Shown piece by piece: positions 8,837-18,563 of a DNA stretch of 64,000 nt. Each line of letters begins with the position of its first letter. Position 1 is the stretch's first letter. This stretch comes from an uncultured Thermoleophilia bacterium. GTDB lineage: Bacteria; Actinomycetota; Thermoleophilia; Gaiellales; Gaiellaceae. The position numbers and the translations under genes are program-made. The stretch lies in NCBI GenBank assembly GCA_963819905.1, contig CAWFXP010000001.1, forward strand, positions 146,426-210,425, read 5' to 3'. The notes under the pieces are model-generated. The model searched no databases. It saw only the letters and a list, made by a program, of their open reading frames with translations, and had not been told where the DNA came from.

Positions 8837-9535
8837 GGCGGCCGGGACTCCCTCACCGCGCTCCTCGAGCTCATCGAGGGCCTCCCGACCGCCCTCGCGG
8901 AGCGCGCCTCGACCCACCCCTCGTTCGTCGTCGACCGGGCGCGCTCGTACGAGCGCCTCGAGTTCCTCGGGGACAGCGTGCTCGAGCTCGCGATCGCGCA
9001 GGTTCTCTTCGAGGCGTTCCCGGACTACCCGGAGGGCGAGCTGACGAAGGCTCGGGCGCACGTCGTCAGCCGCTCGAGCTGCGCGGTCGTCGGGCGACAG
9101 CTCGGCCTGGTCGAAGGGCTCCGCGAGCGGGGGCGAGGCCTGGTTTCCGGCGACGACCTGGAGCGGCTGGTAGGCAACCGGAACGTGCTCTCGGCCCTCC
9201 TCGAGGCGGCGCTCGGCGCCTGCTACCTGACGTACGGGTTCGACCGCGTCCGCGAGCCGATCGCGGCCGCGTTCGGGGAGCGGATCGACTACGCGATCAC
9301 CTCGCACGTCGACCACAAGACGGAGCTCCAGGAGGAGCTGGCCCGGCTCGGCCTCCAGGTCGACTACGCGCTCCGGACGACGGAGGGCCCGCCGCACGCA
9401 CGCAGCTTCACGACCGCAGCCCTCGTCGACGGGGAGGAGTGGGGAGTCGGGACGGGGCCCTCGAAGAAGGCCTCCGAGCAGGCCGCCGCGATGGAGGCGC
9501 TCGTGCGGATCCGCCGCGAACGGGCGCACGGTTGA
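8837..9535 (+). CDS. rnc: Ribonuclease III (N-terminus unresolved: no ATG/GTG/TTG upstream of the catalytic signature)
   Basis: The ERLEFLGDSVLE signature at about 8945-8985 is in frame with ORF 8978-9535. A dsRBD lies at the C-terminus (GPPHARSF...GSGPSKKASEQAAA). Confidence 0.75.
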   Translation, partial: GGRDSLTALLELIEGLPTALAERASTHPSFVVDRARSYERLEFLGDSVLELAIAQVLFEAFPDYPEGELTKARAHVVSRSSCAVVGRQLGLVEGLRERGRGLVSGDDLERLVGNRNVLSALLEAALGACYLTYGFDRVREPIAAAFGERIDYAITSHVDHKTELQEELARLGLQVDYALRTTEGPPHARSFTTAALVDGEEWGVGTGPSKKASEQAAAMEALVRIRRERAHG

Positions 9536-9581
9536 CCCCGGCTCCAGCTCCGGCCGGGGCCGTCGTCAGGATGTAGCCGCG

Positions 9582-12353
9582 GTGCATCTGCGCTCGATCA
9601 ACCTGCGCGGCTTCAAGTCGTTTCCCGACGCTGTCGAGGTTCGCCTCGAGCCGGGCGTTGCCGTCGTCGTCGGGCCGAACGGATCCGGGAAGTCGAACGT
9701 CGCCGACGCGATCGTGTGGGCCGCCGGGAGCCTTGCTCCGAGCGTCCTCCGGGCCGAGAAGCCCGAGGACGTCCTCTTCTCCGGCTCGTCGTCCCGGCCG
9801 GGTGTCGACCACTGCGAGGTCGAGCTCCTGTTCGACAACGCCTCCGGGGACGGGCCGCTCCCGTATGCGGAGCTCTCGATCGCCCGCCGGCTTCACCGCG
9901 GCGGCGAGGGGCAGTACCTCGTCAACCGCGCCGCCGTTCGGCGCACGGACGTGCTCGAGCTGCTCGGGGACGCGGGCCTCGGCCACGAGATGCACGCCGT
10001 CATCGGCCAGGGGCGGGTCGAGCAGGTGCTGTCGTCGAAGCCGTCCGAGCGGCGGGCGTTGATCGAGGAGGCGGCAGGGCTCGGGAGTTTCAAGCATCGC
10101 CGTCACCGGGCCGAGCTGAAGCTCGCCCGCGTGGCGATCCAGGCCGACAAGGCACGGGCGCTCGAGGACGAGGCACGCAAGCGGCTGCGCCCGCTGGCGC
10201 TCCAGGCGACCGCGGCCCAGCGAGCCGAGAAGCTCGCCGTCGAGATCGACCGGATCAGGGCGTGCCTCCTCGCCGGCCGGCTGGCCTCCCTCGAGGACCG
10301 ACTCGCCGGGCTCGAAGGGCAGCGTGCCGGGGCCGTGCAGGAGCGCAGGCGGCGTGACGAGCGCCTCGAGGGCGTCCTGGCAGAGCGCCGGAGGGCAGAG
10401 GAGGAGCTCGAGCAGGCCGCCCGCCGGCACGAGCAGGCGACCGCGTCGCTCTACCGCCTGAGAAGCGCGGCCGAGCGCCTGTCGGTCCGGCACGAGCACG
10501 CGGTCGAGTCGGCCGCGGCGCTGCGCCGGGAGGCGACCAGGGCGAGGGCCCTGGCCGACGCGCCGCACGACTCGACGCCGCTCGACGAGCTCGCCGCCGC
10601 GGAGGGCGCCCTCGGCGAAGCGGGAAGCGCGTCGCGCGCCGCCCTCCACGAGCGCGAGACGCTCGAGGCCTCGGCCCGACTCGCCGCCGACCGTCTGGTC
10701 GCACTCGAGCGGGGCCTTGCCGAACGCGAGGGTCTTCCACCCGCCGCACGGGCGCTTGCCGACCGGGGCGAGCCGCTGGCGCTCTCGCTGCTCGACGTCG
10801 ATGCCGGCTACGAGCGGGCCGTCGCCGCGGCGCTCGCGTCCCGGGCGGCGGCGGTCGTCGCGGCCGACGCGCGGAGCGCGTTCGAGCTCGCCGAGGAAGC
10901 GCGGACGGGCGGGCTCGGGTCGCTGACGGTGCTGCTCCCGCCGCGGGCGAGAAGCGGCTCCGGGCAGCGCGGGGCCCCTGCGGGCGCCGAGGCGCTCAGC
11001 GAGCACGCGCGCCCGCTTCCCGGCGGAGAGCGGGTCGCAGCGCTGCTCGAGGACGTCTGGGTCGTCGAACCGGTCGACCTCGCCGAGGTCGGCCACGGTG
11101 TCGCTGTCACGCGCGAGGGCCATGGCTTCGATCCCGCGAGCGGGGAGCTGTGGTTCGCAGGCAAGGCGGCCGAGAGCGTCCTGATCGAGCTTCACGCCCG
11201 CAGCCGGGCGCTCGCGGCGGAGGTCGAGCAGCTCGAGGCCGACGTGGCCCGCGCTGCCGGCGACGCAGCGCGCGTCTTCGAGGTCGAGCGCGCCGCCCGG
11301 GAGCGCGTCACCAAGGCACGGGCGGCGGTGGCGCTGATGCCTCCGCAGGTCGAGCCGGAGGAGGCGGAGCTGCTCGAGCGGCTTGCCGACGCGGCCGAGC
11401 GCCTGTGCTCGACGCTGACCGCGGCCTCTTCGGCCGCCGGTACCTTCGAGCCCGCCCTTCAGGCCCGTGTCGACGCCGGAGGCGCTTCGAGCGCCGAGCT
11501 CGGCGAAGAGCTCCGCCGGCTCGGGGCGCAGGAGTCCGAGTTGCGGCGGGCTGCGGCAGAGGCGGCTCAGGCCGTCTCGGGGCTCGAGGTGGACGCGGCC
11601 CGCGTCGGCGCCGAGCGCGACGACGTCCGGGCGCGGCTCCCCGACGACACCGAGCCGGCGCAGCTGGACGTAGCGGCCGCCGAGGAGCTCGAGTCGACCC
11701 TCGGCCGGCTCGAGCGGCGGCGTGAGCAGCTCGGGCAGGTGAACCCGCTCGCCGCCGAGGAGCTCGAGGAGGAGAAGGCCCGCCTGGCCGAGCTGACCGA
11801 GCAGCGGGAGGATCTCGACCGCTCGCTCCAGGAGCTCGAGGCGTTGCGCGACGAGCTCTCGGAGACGGTCGAGCGCCGGTTCGAGGAGACGTTCGCCGCC
11901 GTCGAGCGGCATTTCGCCGAGGTCGCGGCCGCCCTCTTCCCCGGGGGTGAGGGCCGTCTTCAGCTCACCGTTCCGGAGGACGATGAGGCCGAGCCGGGGG
12001 TGGAGGTCGAGCTGCGTCCGGCCGGGAAGAAGGTGACGCGGCTGTCGCTTCTCTCCGGCGGCGAGAAGGCGCTCGGCGCGCTCTCGTTCCTGTTCGCGCT
12101 CTTCCTCGCGCGGCCGTGCCCGTTCTACCTTCTCGACGAGGTCGAGGCGGCGCTCGACGACACGAACATCGGCCGGTTCGTCGATCTGCTCCGGCGCTAC
12201 GCGGACCGTGCCCAGTTCATCGTCATCACGCACCAGAAACGGACGATGGAGGCCGCCGATATCTTGTACGGGGTGACCATGGGCGCGGACGGAGTTTCGC
12301 AGATCGTCTCGAAGCGTCTTCAGACCCCTGCCGCCCGGGTCGCCTCCGCGTGA
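9582..12353 (+). CDS. smc: Chromosome partition protein Smc (short form, 923 aa)
   Basis: Walker A GPNGSGKSN, hinge region, signature LSGGEKAL, Walker B FYLLDEVEAALD. Confidence 0.9.
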   Translation: MHLRSINLRGFKSFPDAVEVRLEPGVAVVVGPNGSGKSNVADAIVWAAGSLAPSVLRAEKPEDVLFSGSSSRPGVDHCEVELLFDNASGDGPLPYAELSIARRLHRGGEGQYLVNRAAVRRTDVLELLGDAGLGHEMHAVIGQGRVEQVLSSKPSERRALIEEAAGLGSFKHRRHRAELKLARVAIQADKARALEDEARKRLRPLALQATAAQRAEKLAVEIDRIRACLLAGRLASLEDRLAGLEGQRAGAVQERRRRDERLEGVLAERRRAEEELEQAARRHEQATASLYRLRSAAERLSVRHEHAVESAAALRREATRARALADAPHDSTPLDELAAAEGALGEAGSASRAALHERETLEASARLAADRLVALERGLAEREGLPPAARALADRGEPLALSLLDVDAGYERAVAAALASRAAAVVAADARSAFELAEEARTGGLGSLTVLLPPRARSGSGQRGAPAGAEALSEHARPLPGGERVAALLEDVWVVEPVDLAEVGHGVAVTREGHGFDPASGELWFAGKAAESVLIELHARSRALAAEVEQLEADVARAAGDAARVFEVERAARERVTKARAAVALMPPQVEPEEAELLERLADAAERLCSTLTAASSAAGTFEPALQARVDAGGASSAELGEELRRLGAQESELRRAAAEAAQAVSGLEVDAARVGAERDDVRARLPDDTEPAQLDVAAAEELESTLGRLERRREQLGQVNPLAAEELEEEKARLAELTEQREDLDRSLQELEALRDELSETVERRFEETFAAVERHFAEVAAALFPGGEGRLQLTVPEDDEAEPGVEVELRPAGKKVTRLSLLSGGEKALGALSFLFALFLARPCPFYLLDEVEAALDDTNIGRFVDLLRRYADRAQFIVITHQKRTMEAADILYGVTMGADGVSQIVSKRLQTPAARVASA

Positions 12354-13366
12354 CCCGAACGTGGGCCGAGCTTCTCGGCGACGAGGAGCCGGTCGAAGAC
12401 GACGCCGGGCCAGAGCGGAAGCGACGGTTCAGGCGGCTGCGCTCGGGTCTTACGAAGAGCCGCCAGGCCATCGCGCGCGGCCTCACCGGCTGGCGCTACG
12501 ACCCGTCCGACCTGGACACGTGGGAGCAGCTCGAGGACGTTCTGATCGCGGCCGATGTCGGGGTGGAGACGACGCAGGAGGTGGTCGCGCGGCTCGAGAA
12601 GCGCAGGCCGGAGAACGACGACGAGGTCGTGGACGAGCTGCGCGACGTGCTCGCGGAGCTTGCGTCACCCGACGAGGAGCCTCGGCTTCGCCTGGACGGG
12701 CAGCCGTCGGTGATTCTCGTCGTGGGCGTGAACGGGACGGGGAAGACGACGACGATCGGCAAGCTCGCCGCCAGGCTGCGCGACTCCGGCCGCTCGGTGC
12801 TCGTGGCCGCTGCGGACACCTACCGGGCGGCGGCCGACGAGCAGCTCGAGATCTGGGCCGAGCGGGCCGGGGCGGACTTCGTCGGCTCGACGCGCGGTGG
12901 CGACGCGGCCGCGGTCGCCTTCGACTCGATCGAGGCGGCGCTCGCGCGGGGGCGCGACGTCGTCATCGTCGACACCGCCGGGCGGCTGCACACGCAGGTG
13001 GGCCTGATGGAGGAGCTGACGAAGATCCGCCGCGTGATCGCTTCGCGGCTCGACGGCGCGCCGCACGAGACGCTGCTCGTCGTCGATGCGACGACGGGCC
13101 AGAACGGGCTCCGGCAGGCGGAGCAGTTCGACGAGGCGGTCGAGGTGACGGGCGTCGCCCTGACGAAGCTCGACGGCACCGCGAAGGGCGGCATCGTCGT
13201 CGCGATCGGCCACGAGCTCGGGCTGCCCGTGAAGCTCGTCGGGGTCGGCGAGGGGCTCGACGACCTGCAGCCGTTCGACGCCGAGGAGTTCGCCCGGGCG
13301 CTCGTCTCGGACACGGACGCGCCGGCGGACGACGAGGGCGACGGCCCGGAGGACGACGGCTCGTAG
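12350..13366 (+). CDS. ftsY: Signal recognition particle receptor FtsY
   Basis: GVNGTGKTTTIGKL, DTAGRL, TKLDGTAKGG; GTGA overlap with the smc stop. Confidence 0.9.
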   Translation: MTRTWAELLGDEEPVEDDAGPERKRRFRRLRSGLTKSRQAIARGLTGWRYDPSDLDTWEQLEDVLIAADVGVETTQEVVARLEKRRPENDDEVVDELRDVLAELASPDEEPRLRLDGQPSVILVVGVNGTGKTTTIGKLAARLRDSGRSVLVAAADTYRAAADEQLEIWAERAGADFVGSTRGGDAAAVAFDSIEAALARGRDVVIVDTAGRLHTQVGLMEELTKIRRVIASRLDGAPHETLLVVDATTGQNGLRQAEQFDEAVEVTGVALTKLDGTAKGGIVVAIGHELGLPVKLVGVGEGLDDLQPFDAEEFARALVSDTDAPADDEGDGPEDDGS

Positions 13367-13402
13367 CGGGGGGCCGAGCATCCGGCCCGTACAATCCCAC
13401 GG

Positions 13403-14740
13403 ATGTTCGATTCGCTTTCCGAGAAGCTCCAGGGCGTCCTCGGCGACCTGCGCGGACGCGGGCGCCTCTCCGAGGAGGACGTCACGAAGGCCATGCGCGA
13501 GATCCGCCTCGCGCTACTCGAGGCCGACGTCAACTTCAAGGTCGTCAAGGAGTTCGTCGCGACCGTCAAGGAGCGCGCCCTCGACGCGGAGGTGCTGAAG
13601 AGCCTGACGCCCGGCCAGCAGGTCGTGAAGATCGTGAACGAGGAGCTGACGGCGCTGATGGGGCAAGGCAGCTCGAAGCTCGCCTTCTCCGGCCGGCCGC
13701 CGACGGTCATCTTGCTCGCGGGCCTGCAGGGGTCGGGTAAGACGACCGCCTCGGCCAAGCTCGCGCTCCACCTGCGCAAGAAGGACGGCAAGACGCCTGC
13801 GATCGCAGCGTGCGACCTCCAGCGGCCGGCGGCGATGGATCAGCTGGAACAGCTCGGCAAGCAGATCCAGGTGCCCGTCTACCGGCGCGGGGACACCGGC
13901 GACCCGGTCGAGGTGGCCCGCTGGGCGCTCGAGCAGGCGAGGGCGCAGGGCCGCGACGTGCTCATCGTCGACACCGCGGGCCGGCTCCACGTCGACGAGG
14001 AGCTGATGGACGAGCTCGTCGCGATTCGCAAGGAGACGAAGCCGACGAACGTCCTCCTCGTGCTCGACGCGATGACGGGCCAGGACGCGGTGAACGTCGC
14101 GGAGGCGTTCCAGGAGCGCGTCGCCTTCGACGGCGTGATCCTGACCAAGCTCGACGGTGACGCGCGAGGCGGGGCGGCGCTGTCGGTGAAGGCGGTTACC
14201 GGCCAGCCGATCAAGTTCGCCTCGACGGGCGAGAAGCTCGACCAGCTCGAGCCGTTCCACCCCGATCGGATGGCGTCGCGCATCCTCGGGATGGGCGACG
14301 TGCTGACGCTCATCGAGAAGGCGGAGGACGCCGCCGAGCAGGACGAGCAGGAGGAGCTGGAGGCGCGCCTGCGGGCGGGGAAGTTCACCTTCGACGACTT
14401 CCTGAAGTCCTACGAGATGATGCGCAAGATGGGCCCCCTGCGCAGCGTGATGAACATGATCCCGGGCGTCGGCAAGCAGCTCCAGGGCGTCAACCTCGAC
14501 GATCGCCAGCTGGAATGGGTCAAGGCGATCGTCCTCTCGATGACGCCGGAGGAGCGGGCCCACCCGGAGATCATCAAGGGCGCCCGCCGGGCTCGCATCG
14601 CCCGCGGCAGCGGGACGTCCGTCCAGCAGGTGAACCAGCTGCTGAACGGTCGCAAGCAGATGGAGAAGATGATGAAGCAGATAGGGCGCGGCAAGCAGCC
14701 GAACCTCCAGTCGCTCGTCACGCAGCAGGTGCGCAGATGA
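13403..14740 (+). CDS. ffh: Signal recognition particle protein Ffh
   Basis: GLQGSGKTT, DTAGRL, TKLDGDARGG and a methionine-rich M domain; TACAAT lies 7 nt upstream of the ATG. Confidence 0.95.
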   Translation: MFDSLSEKLQGVLGDLRGRGRLSEEDVTKAMREIRLALLEADVNFKVVKEFVATVKERALDAEVLKSLTPGQQVVKIVNEELTALMGQGSSKLAFSGRPPTVILLAGLQGSGKTTASAKLALHLRKKDGKTPAIAACDLQRPAAMDQLEQLGKQIQVPVYRRGDTGDPVEVARWALEQARAQGRDVLIVDTAGRLHVDEELMDELVAIRKETKPTNVLLVLDAMTGQDAVNVAEAFQERVAFDGVILTKLDGDARGGAALSVKAVTGQPIKFASTGEKLDQLEPFHPDRMASRILGMGDVLTLIEKAEDAAEQDEQEELEARLRAGKFTFDDFLKSYEMMRKMGPLRSVMNMIPGVGKQLQGVNLDDRQLEWVKAIVLSMTPEERAHPEIIKGARRARIARGSGTSVQQVNQLLNGRKQMEKMMKQIGRGKQPNLQSLVTQQVRR

Positions 14741-14793
14741 GCGGCGGGACGACGTAGGCCGCGAACGCAGACGACGCGACAGACGGAGGAGAG

Positions 14794-15033
14794 ATGGCAG
14801 CGAAGATCAGGCTCGCGCGCGTGGGCTCGAAGAAGAACCCGATCTACCGGGTGGTGGTCGCGGACTCGCGCTCGCCGCGCGACGGGCGGTTCATCGAGAT
14901 CGTCGGGCGCTACAACCCGCAGACCGACCCGTCGACGATCGACCTCGACGAGGCGAAGATCAAGGACTGGGTCGCGAAGGGCGCCCAGCCGACCGACTCG
15001 GTCAGGCGCCTGATGAAGGCCCAGGGCTTCTAA
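14794..15033 (+). CDS. rpsP: 30S ribosomal protein S16
   Basis: [35 protein letters not shown]. Confidence 0.95.
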   Translation: MAAKIRLARVGSKKNPIYRVVVADSRSPRDGRFIEIVGRYNPQTDPSTIDLDEAKIKDWVAKGAQPTDSVRRLMKAQGF

Positions 15034-15039
15034 CCCTCG

Positions 15040-15270
15040 GTGGAGGAGCTGGTCGCCTACCTGGCGCGTTGCCTCGTCGACAACCCCGACGACGTTCGCG
15101 TCGAGCGGGTCGAGCGTGACGACGCGGTCGTCCTGCGGCTGCACGTCGCCCAGGAAGACCTCGGCAAGGTGATCGGCAAGCAGGGGCGCCTCGCGCGGTC
15201 CTTGCGGACTCTCGTTCGGGCGAGCGGGACGAAGCGCGGCGAGCGGACGCTCCTCGAGATCGTCGAATGA
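15040..15270 (+). CDS. KH-domain RNA-binding protein (UPF0109 / YlqC-like)
   Basis: GKVIGKQGR motif; conserved position between rpsP and rimM. Confidence 0.8.
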   Translation: MEELVAYLARCLVDNPDDVRVERVERDDAVVLRLHVAQEDLGKVIGKQGRLARSLRTLVRASGTKRGERTLLEIVE

Positions 15271-15731
15271 CGCACTGGGTGTCGGTCGGCCGGGTCGGCC
15301 GACCGCACGGGCTCGACGGCTCCTTCGTCGTCGAAGCCGGAAGCGAGGAGCCGGGTCGCCTCGCCGAGGGCGCTCGCGTCTACGTCGGCGGCGAGCCGGC
15401 GACGGTCGTCGCCGCGAAGCGCGCCGGCGGGCGCACGGTGATCTCGCTGGATCGCCGGGTCGAGCGCGGGGCGGAGCTCGAGATCCCCGCCGAGCAGCTG
15501 CCCCCGCTTCCCGACGGCGAGTTCTACGCGTTCGAGCTCGTCGGGCTCGCGGTGGAAGACGAGCAGGGCCGTCGTCTCGGGCGGGTCGCGGCCGTCGCAC
15601 CGGGCGTCGCAAACGACGTGCTCGAGCTCGATTCCGGTGCCGCGCTCCCGCTCGTCGAGGACTGCGTGCGGGCCGTCGATATCGGGGCCGGGCGACTCGT
15701 CGTTGCCGCCCGGTTCGTCGACGACGGCTAG
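15267..15731 (+). CDS. rimM: 16S rRNA processing protein RimM
   Basis: VGRVGRPHGLDGSF...FYAFELVG...ND PRC-barrel pattern; ATGA overlap. Confidence 0.85.
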   Translation: MTHWVSVGRVGRPHGLDGSFVVEAGSEEPGRLAEGARVYVGGEPATVVAAKRAGGRTVISLDRRVERGAELEIPAEQLPPLPDGEFYAFELVGLAVEDEQGRRLGRVAAVAPGVANDVLELDSGAALPLVEDCVRAVDIGAGRLVVAARFVDDG

Positions 15732-15751
15732 GTAGAGTGCGGAGCCGCACG

Positions 15752-16411
15752 ATGCAGATCGACGTCTTCACGCTCCTGCCGCACGCGTTCGCCTGGATGA
15801 CCGAGCAGCGCCCGATCGCGGCCGTCCTCGGCACCGAGCTCGACCTGCGCCTCTACAACTACCGGGAGTTCACGCCGCTTCGCGCGGGCCAGGTCGACGA
15901 CGAGCCCTACGGCGGTGGCGCCGGGATGGTGATCCGGGTCGACGTGGTCGACGCCGCGCTGCAGGCGGTCTACGGAGGCAGTCCCGGCCGTCGCGTCGTC
16001 GCGTTCTCGCCCCAGGGCCGCCTGCTCGACGAGGAGCTGGTCGGAGAGCTCGCGGGAGAGGAGCGCCTAGCGCTCCTCTCCGCCCGCTTCGAGGGCTTCG
16101 ACGAGCGGGTGCACGAGCACCTCGTGACGGACACGGTCTCGATCGGCCCCTACGTGCTCTCGGGCGGGGAGCTGCCGGCGATGGTCGTCCTCGACGCGGT
16201 CGCGCGTCGACTGCCGGGGGCGCTCGGAAGCCCGGCCAGCGCCGTCGAGGAGACCTTCTCCGACGCGCTCGGCGGTGGCGCCGAGTACCCGCACTACACC
16301 CGTCCCGCCGAGTATCGCGGCTGGAGCGTCCCCGACGTCCTGCTGTCGGGCGACCACGCGCGAATCGACGCGTGGCGGCTGGGGCAGAGCGCCGAGCGGA
16401 GCCTGCGCTGA
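15752..16411 (+). CDS. trmD: tRNA (guanine37-N1)-methyltransferase TrmD (start ATG 15752 or GTG 15737)
   Basis: MQIDVFTLLP...DDEPYGGGAGMV...SIGPYVLSGGE...YPHYTRP. Confidence 0.9.
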   Translation: MQIDVFTLLPHAFAWMTEQRPIAAVLGTELDLRLYNYREFTPLRAGQVDDEPYGGGAGMVIRVDVVDAALQAVYGGSPGRRVVAFSPQGRLLDEELVGELAGEERLALLSARFEGFDERVHEHLVTDTVSIGPYVLSGGELPAMVVLDAVARRLPGALGSPASAVEETFSDALGGGAEYPHYTRPAEYRGWSVPDVLLSGDHARIDAWRLGQSAERSLR

Positions 16412-17013
16412 GGGGGCCCATCGACCGGCTGACCGCCGGCCTCCCCAAGCCGTGGCGGACGATCGTCGACTGGGGGCTGACGATCGCGATCGCGGTCGCC
16501 GCCGTCCTGCTCGTCAAGGCGTTCGTCGTGAACCCCTACAAGATCCCCTCGGCGTCCATGGAGCCGACGTTCCACTGCGCCGAGTCGAGCGGCCAGGGCT
16601 GCATGGGAAACTACAACGACCGGGTCATCGCCAACCGCTTCATCTACCACTTCCGGGATCCGAAGCGCGGCGACATCGTCGTCTTCGACCCACCGGCCGA
16701 CGTCGTCTCGGCCTGCGGCGCCGGGGGCACCTACGTGAAGCGCATCATCGGACTGCCGGGCGACGAGATCTCGCAGCGTGACGGTGTCGTCTTCATCGAC
16801 GGCGAGGCGCTCGACGAGCCGTATCTCGAGCCCGGCAGGGAGGGGGGGCCCGACTTCGGGCCGCTGACGCTCGGTCCGGACCAGTACTTCATGATGGGCG
16901 ACAACCGCCAGCTCTCCTGCGACAGCCGCCGCTGGGGGCCGATCTCACGCGAGCAGATGATCGGGCCGGTGTTCATGACCTACTGGCCACCGAACCGAAT
17001 CAGCTTCAGCTAG
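16372..17013 (+). CDS. lepB: Signal peptidase I
   Basis: [37 protein letters not shown] boxes; the start is uncertain and overlaps the trmD 3' end. Confidence 0.85.
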   Translation: MAAGAERRAEPALRGPIDRLTAGLPKPWRTIVDWGLTIAIAVAAVLLVKAFVVNPYKIPSASMEPTFHCAESSGQGCMGNYNDRVIANRFIYHFRDPKRGDIVVFDPPADVVSACGAGGTYVKRIIGLPGDEISQRDGVVFIDGEALDEPYLEPGREGGPDFGPLTLGPDQYFMMGDNRQLSCDSRRWGPISREQMIGPVFMTYWPPNRISFS

Positions 17014-17048
17014 GATTTCCGGTCGCGCCGGCTCGGCGCGCCTTCCTT

Positions 17049-17396
17049 ATGAGCAACGTGATCGAGTCCATCGAGCGGCGGCAGCTGCGTGAGGTCCCGC
17101 AGTTCAAGGCGGGCGATACCGTGCGCGTCCACTTCCAGGTCATCGAGGGCCAGCGCCGGCGCGTCCAGGTGTTCGAGGGGACCGTCATCAAGCGCCAGGG
17201 CCCCGGCGCGCGCGAGACGTTCACCGTGCGCAAGCAGTCCTTCGGCGTCGGCGTCGAGCGCACGTTCCCGGTGCACTCGCCGAAGATCGAGAAGATCGAG
17301 GTTCGCTCGATCGGCGACGTGAACCGCGCGAAGCTCTACTACCTGCGCAGCAAGGTCGGCAAGAAGGCCCGCGTCCGCGAGAAGCAGGTCCGCTGA
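17049..17396 (+). CDS. rplS: 50S ribosomal protein L19
   Basis: [29 protein letters not shown]. Confidence 0.95.
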   Translation: MSNVIESIERRQLREVPQFKAGDTVRVHFQVIEGQRRRVQVFEGTVIKRQGPGARETFTVRKQSFGVGVERTFPVHSPKIEKIEVRSIGDVNRAKLYYLRSKVGKKARVREKQVR

Positions 17397-17524
17397 GGCC
17401 CGGGCGGGCTTCGGCGGGCCGGTCTACCCGAACGAGACCCGTCGCGCGCGGGCGCGGCATTTCGACACGGTTTCGGCGCGGAGCGGGCACACGATCCGTC
17501 GTCGGACGCCGATATGCTCGGCGA

Positions 17525-18179
17525 GTGGCCTCGACGCGCAGCGGGCGCAAGCTGATCGCCTTCGATCGCCGGCTCGGCGTCCGGTACGTCGCCGGGGCGG
17601 ACGAGGCGGGCCGCGGCAGCCTCGCGGGGCCCCTGGTCGCAGCCGGCGTCCTGCTCGACTACGGCGAGCTGCGCGGCCGGCGCGTCGGCCGCGCTCGGCC
17701 TGCTGAACGACTCGAAGCAGCTCGACCCGGACCTCCGCGAACGGCTCTTCCGGGCGGTCGTCGCGAACGCGACCAGAGTCTCCGTCCAGGTCGTCTCCGC
17801 CGGGGAGATCGACCGCTCGGGCCTCCATCGCTCGAACCTGAGAGCGCTCGCGGCCGCCCTCGCCGCGCTCGGTGACGAGGCCGAGCTGCGCCTCGTCGAC
17901 GGGTTTCGCCTCGGCCCTGCCGCTCCGCCGCATCGGGCGGTCGTCGACGGGGACGAGAAGAGCGCCGCCATCGCGGCTGCGTCGGTCGTCGCGAAGGTCG
18001 TCCGCGATCGCGCCATGCGCCGCCTCGACGCCCTCTATCCGGGCTTCGGGTTCGCGCGTCACGTCGGCTACATCACGCCTGCCCACTCCGCCGCGGTCCG
18101 CCGCCGGGGCCCATGTCCGATCCACCGTCGGAGCTTCCAGGCGCTCTGCTACGCGGAGGTCCGCCCGGACGCGGCATGA
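17525..18179 (+). pseudogene. rnhB: Ribonuclease HII with an apparent single-base frameshift near 17687 (possible assembly error)
   Basis: The N-terminus (GADEAGRGSLAGPLVAAGV) is in one frame. LNDSKQL...VDGDEKSAAIAAASVVAKV...GY is in the next frame. The join fits one extra base in GTCGGCCGCG. Confidence 0.8.
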
Positions 18180-18511
18180 ACCCTGCCGGCGCTGCGGCCG
18201 AGCGGCGGGTCAGGCGCCACTACCGGCTGCGGGGCTACCGCATCCTGGCGGCGAACGAACGGGCCGGCGGCAACGAGCTCGACGTCGTCGTCCGGCGCGG
18301 CCGGCGCCTCGTCTTCTGCGAGGTGAAGTTCCGCTCCGGAAACCGCTTCGGGGATCCCGTCGAGGCAGTCGGGCCCGAGAAGCAGCGCCGCGTGCGCCGT
18401 GCAGCGGAGGGATTTCTCGCGCGCCGGCCGGAGCTGGCAGGGCTCGAGATCGTGCTCGAGGTGGCAGCCGTAGGGCCCTCCCGGATCGAGCGGGTGCGCC
18501 TCGTTCCGTGA
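18176..18511 (+). CDS. YraN-family (UPF0102) endonuclease-like protein
   Basis: GNELDVV...VFCEVKFR pattern; ATGA overlap with the rnhB stop. Confidence 0.75.
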   Translation: MNPAGAAAERRVRRHYRLRGYRILAANERAGGNELDVVVRRGRRLVFCEVKFRSGNRFGDPVEAVGPEKQRRVRRAAEGFLARRPELAGLEIVLEVAAVGPSRIERVRLVP

Positions 18512-18563
18512 CCCCTCCTTGCCGGTTGACGCACGAGCTTAGTCTTCGCTAACTTCAACCTTC

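Noticed and set aside
12361-13740. 459-aa R/G-rich plus-strand ORF overlapping ftsY and ffh
   Set aside because: It is an alternative frame of two strongly supported genes and its composition is an artefact.
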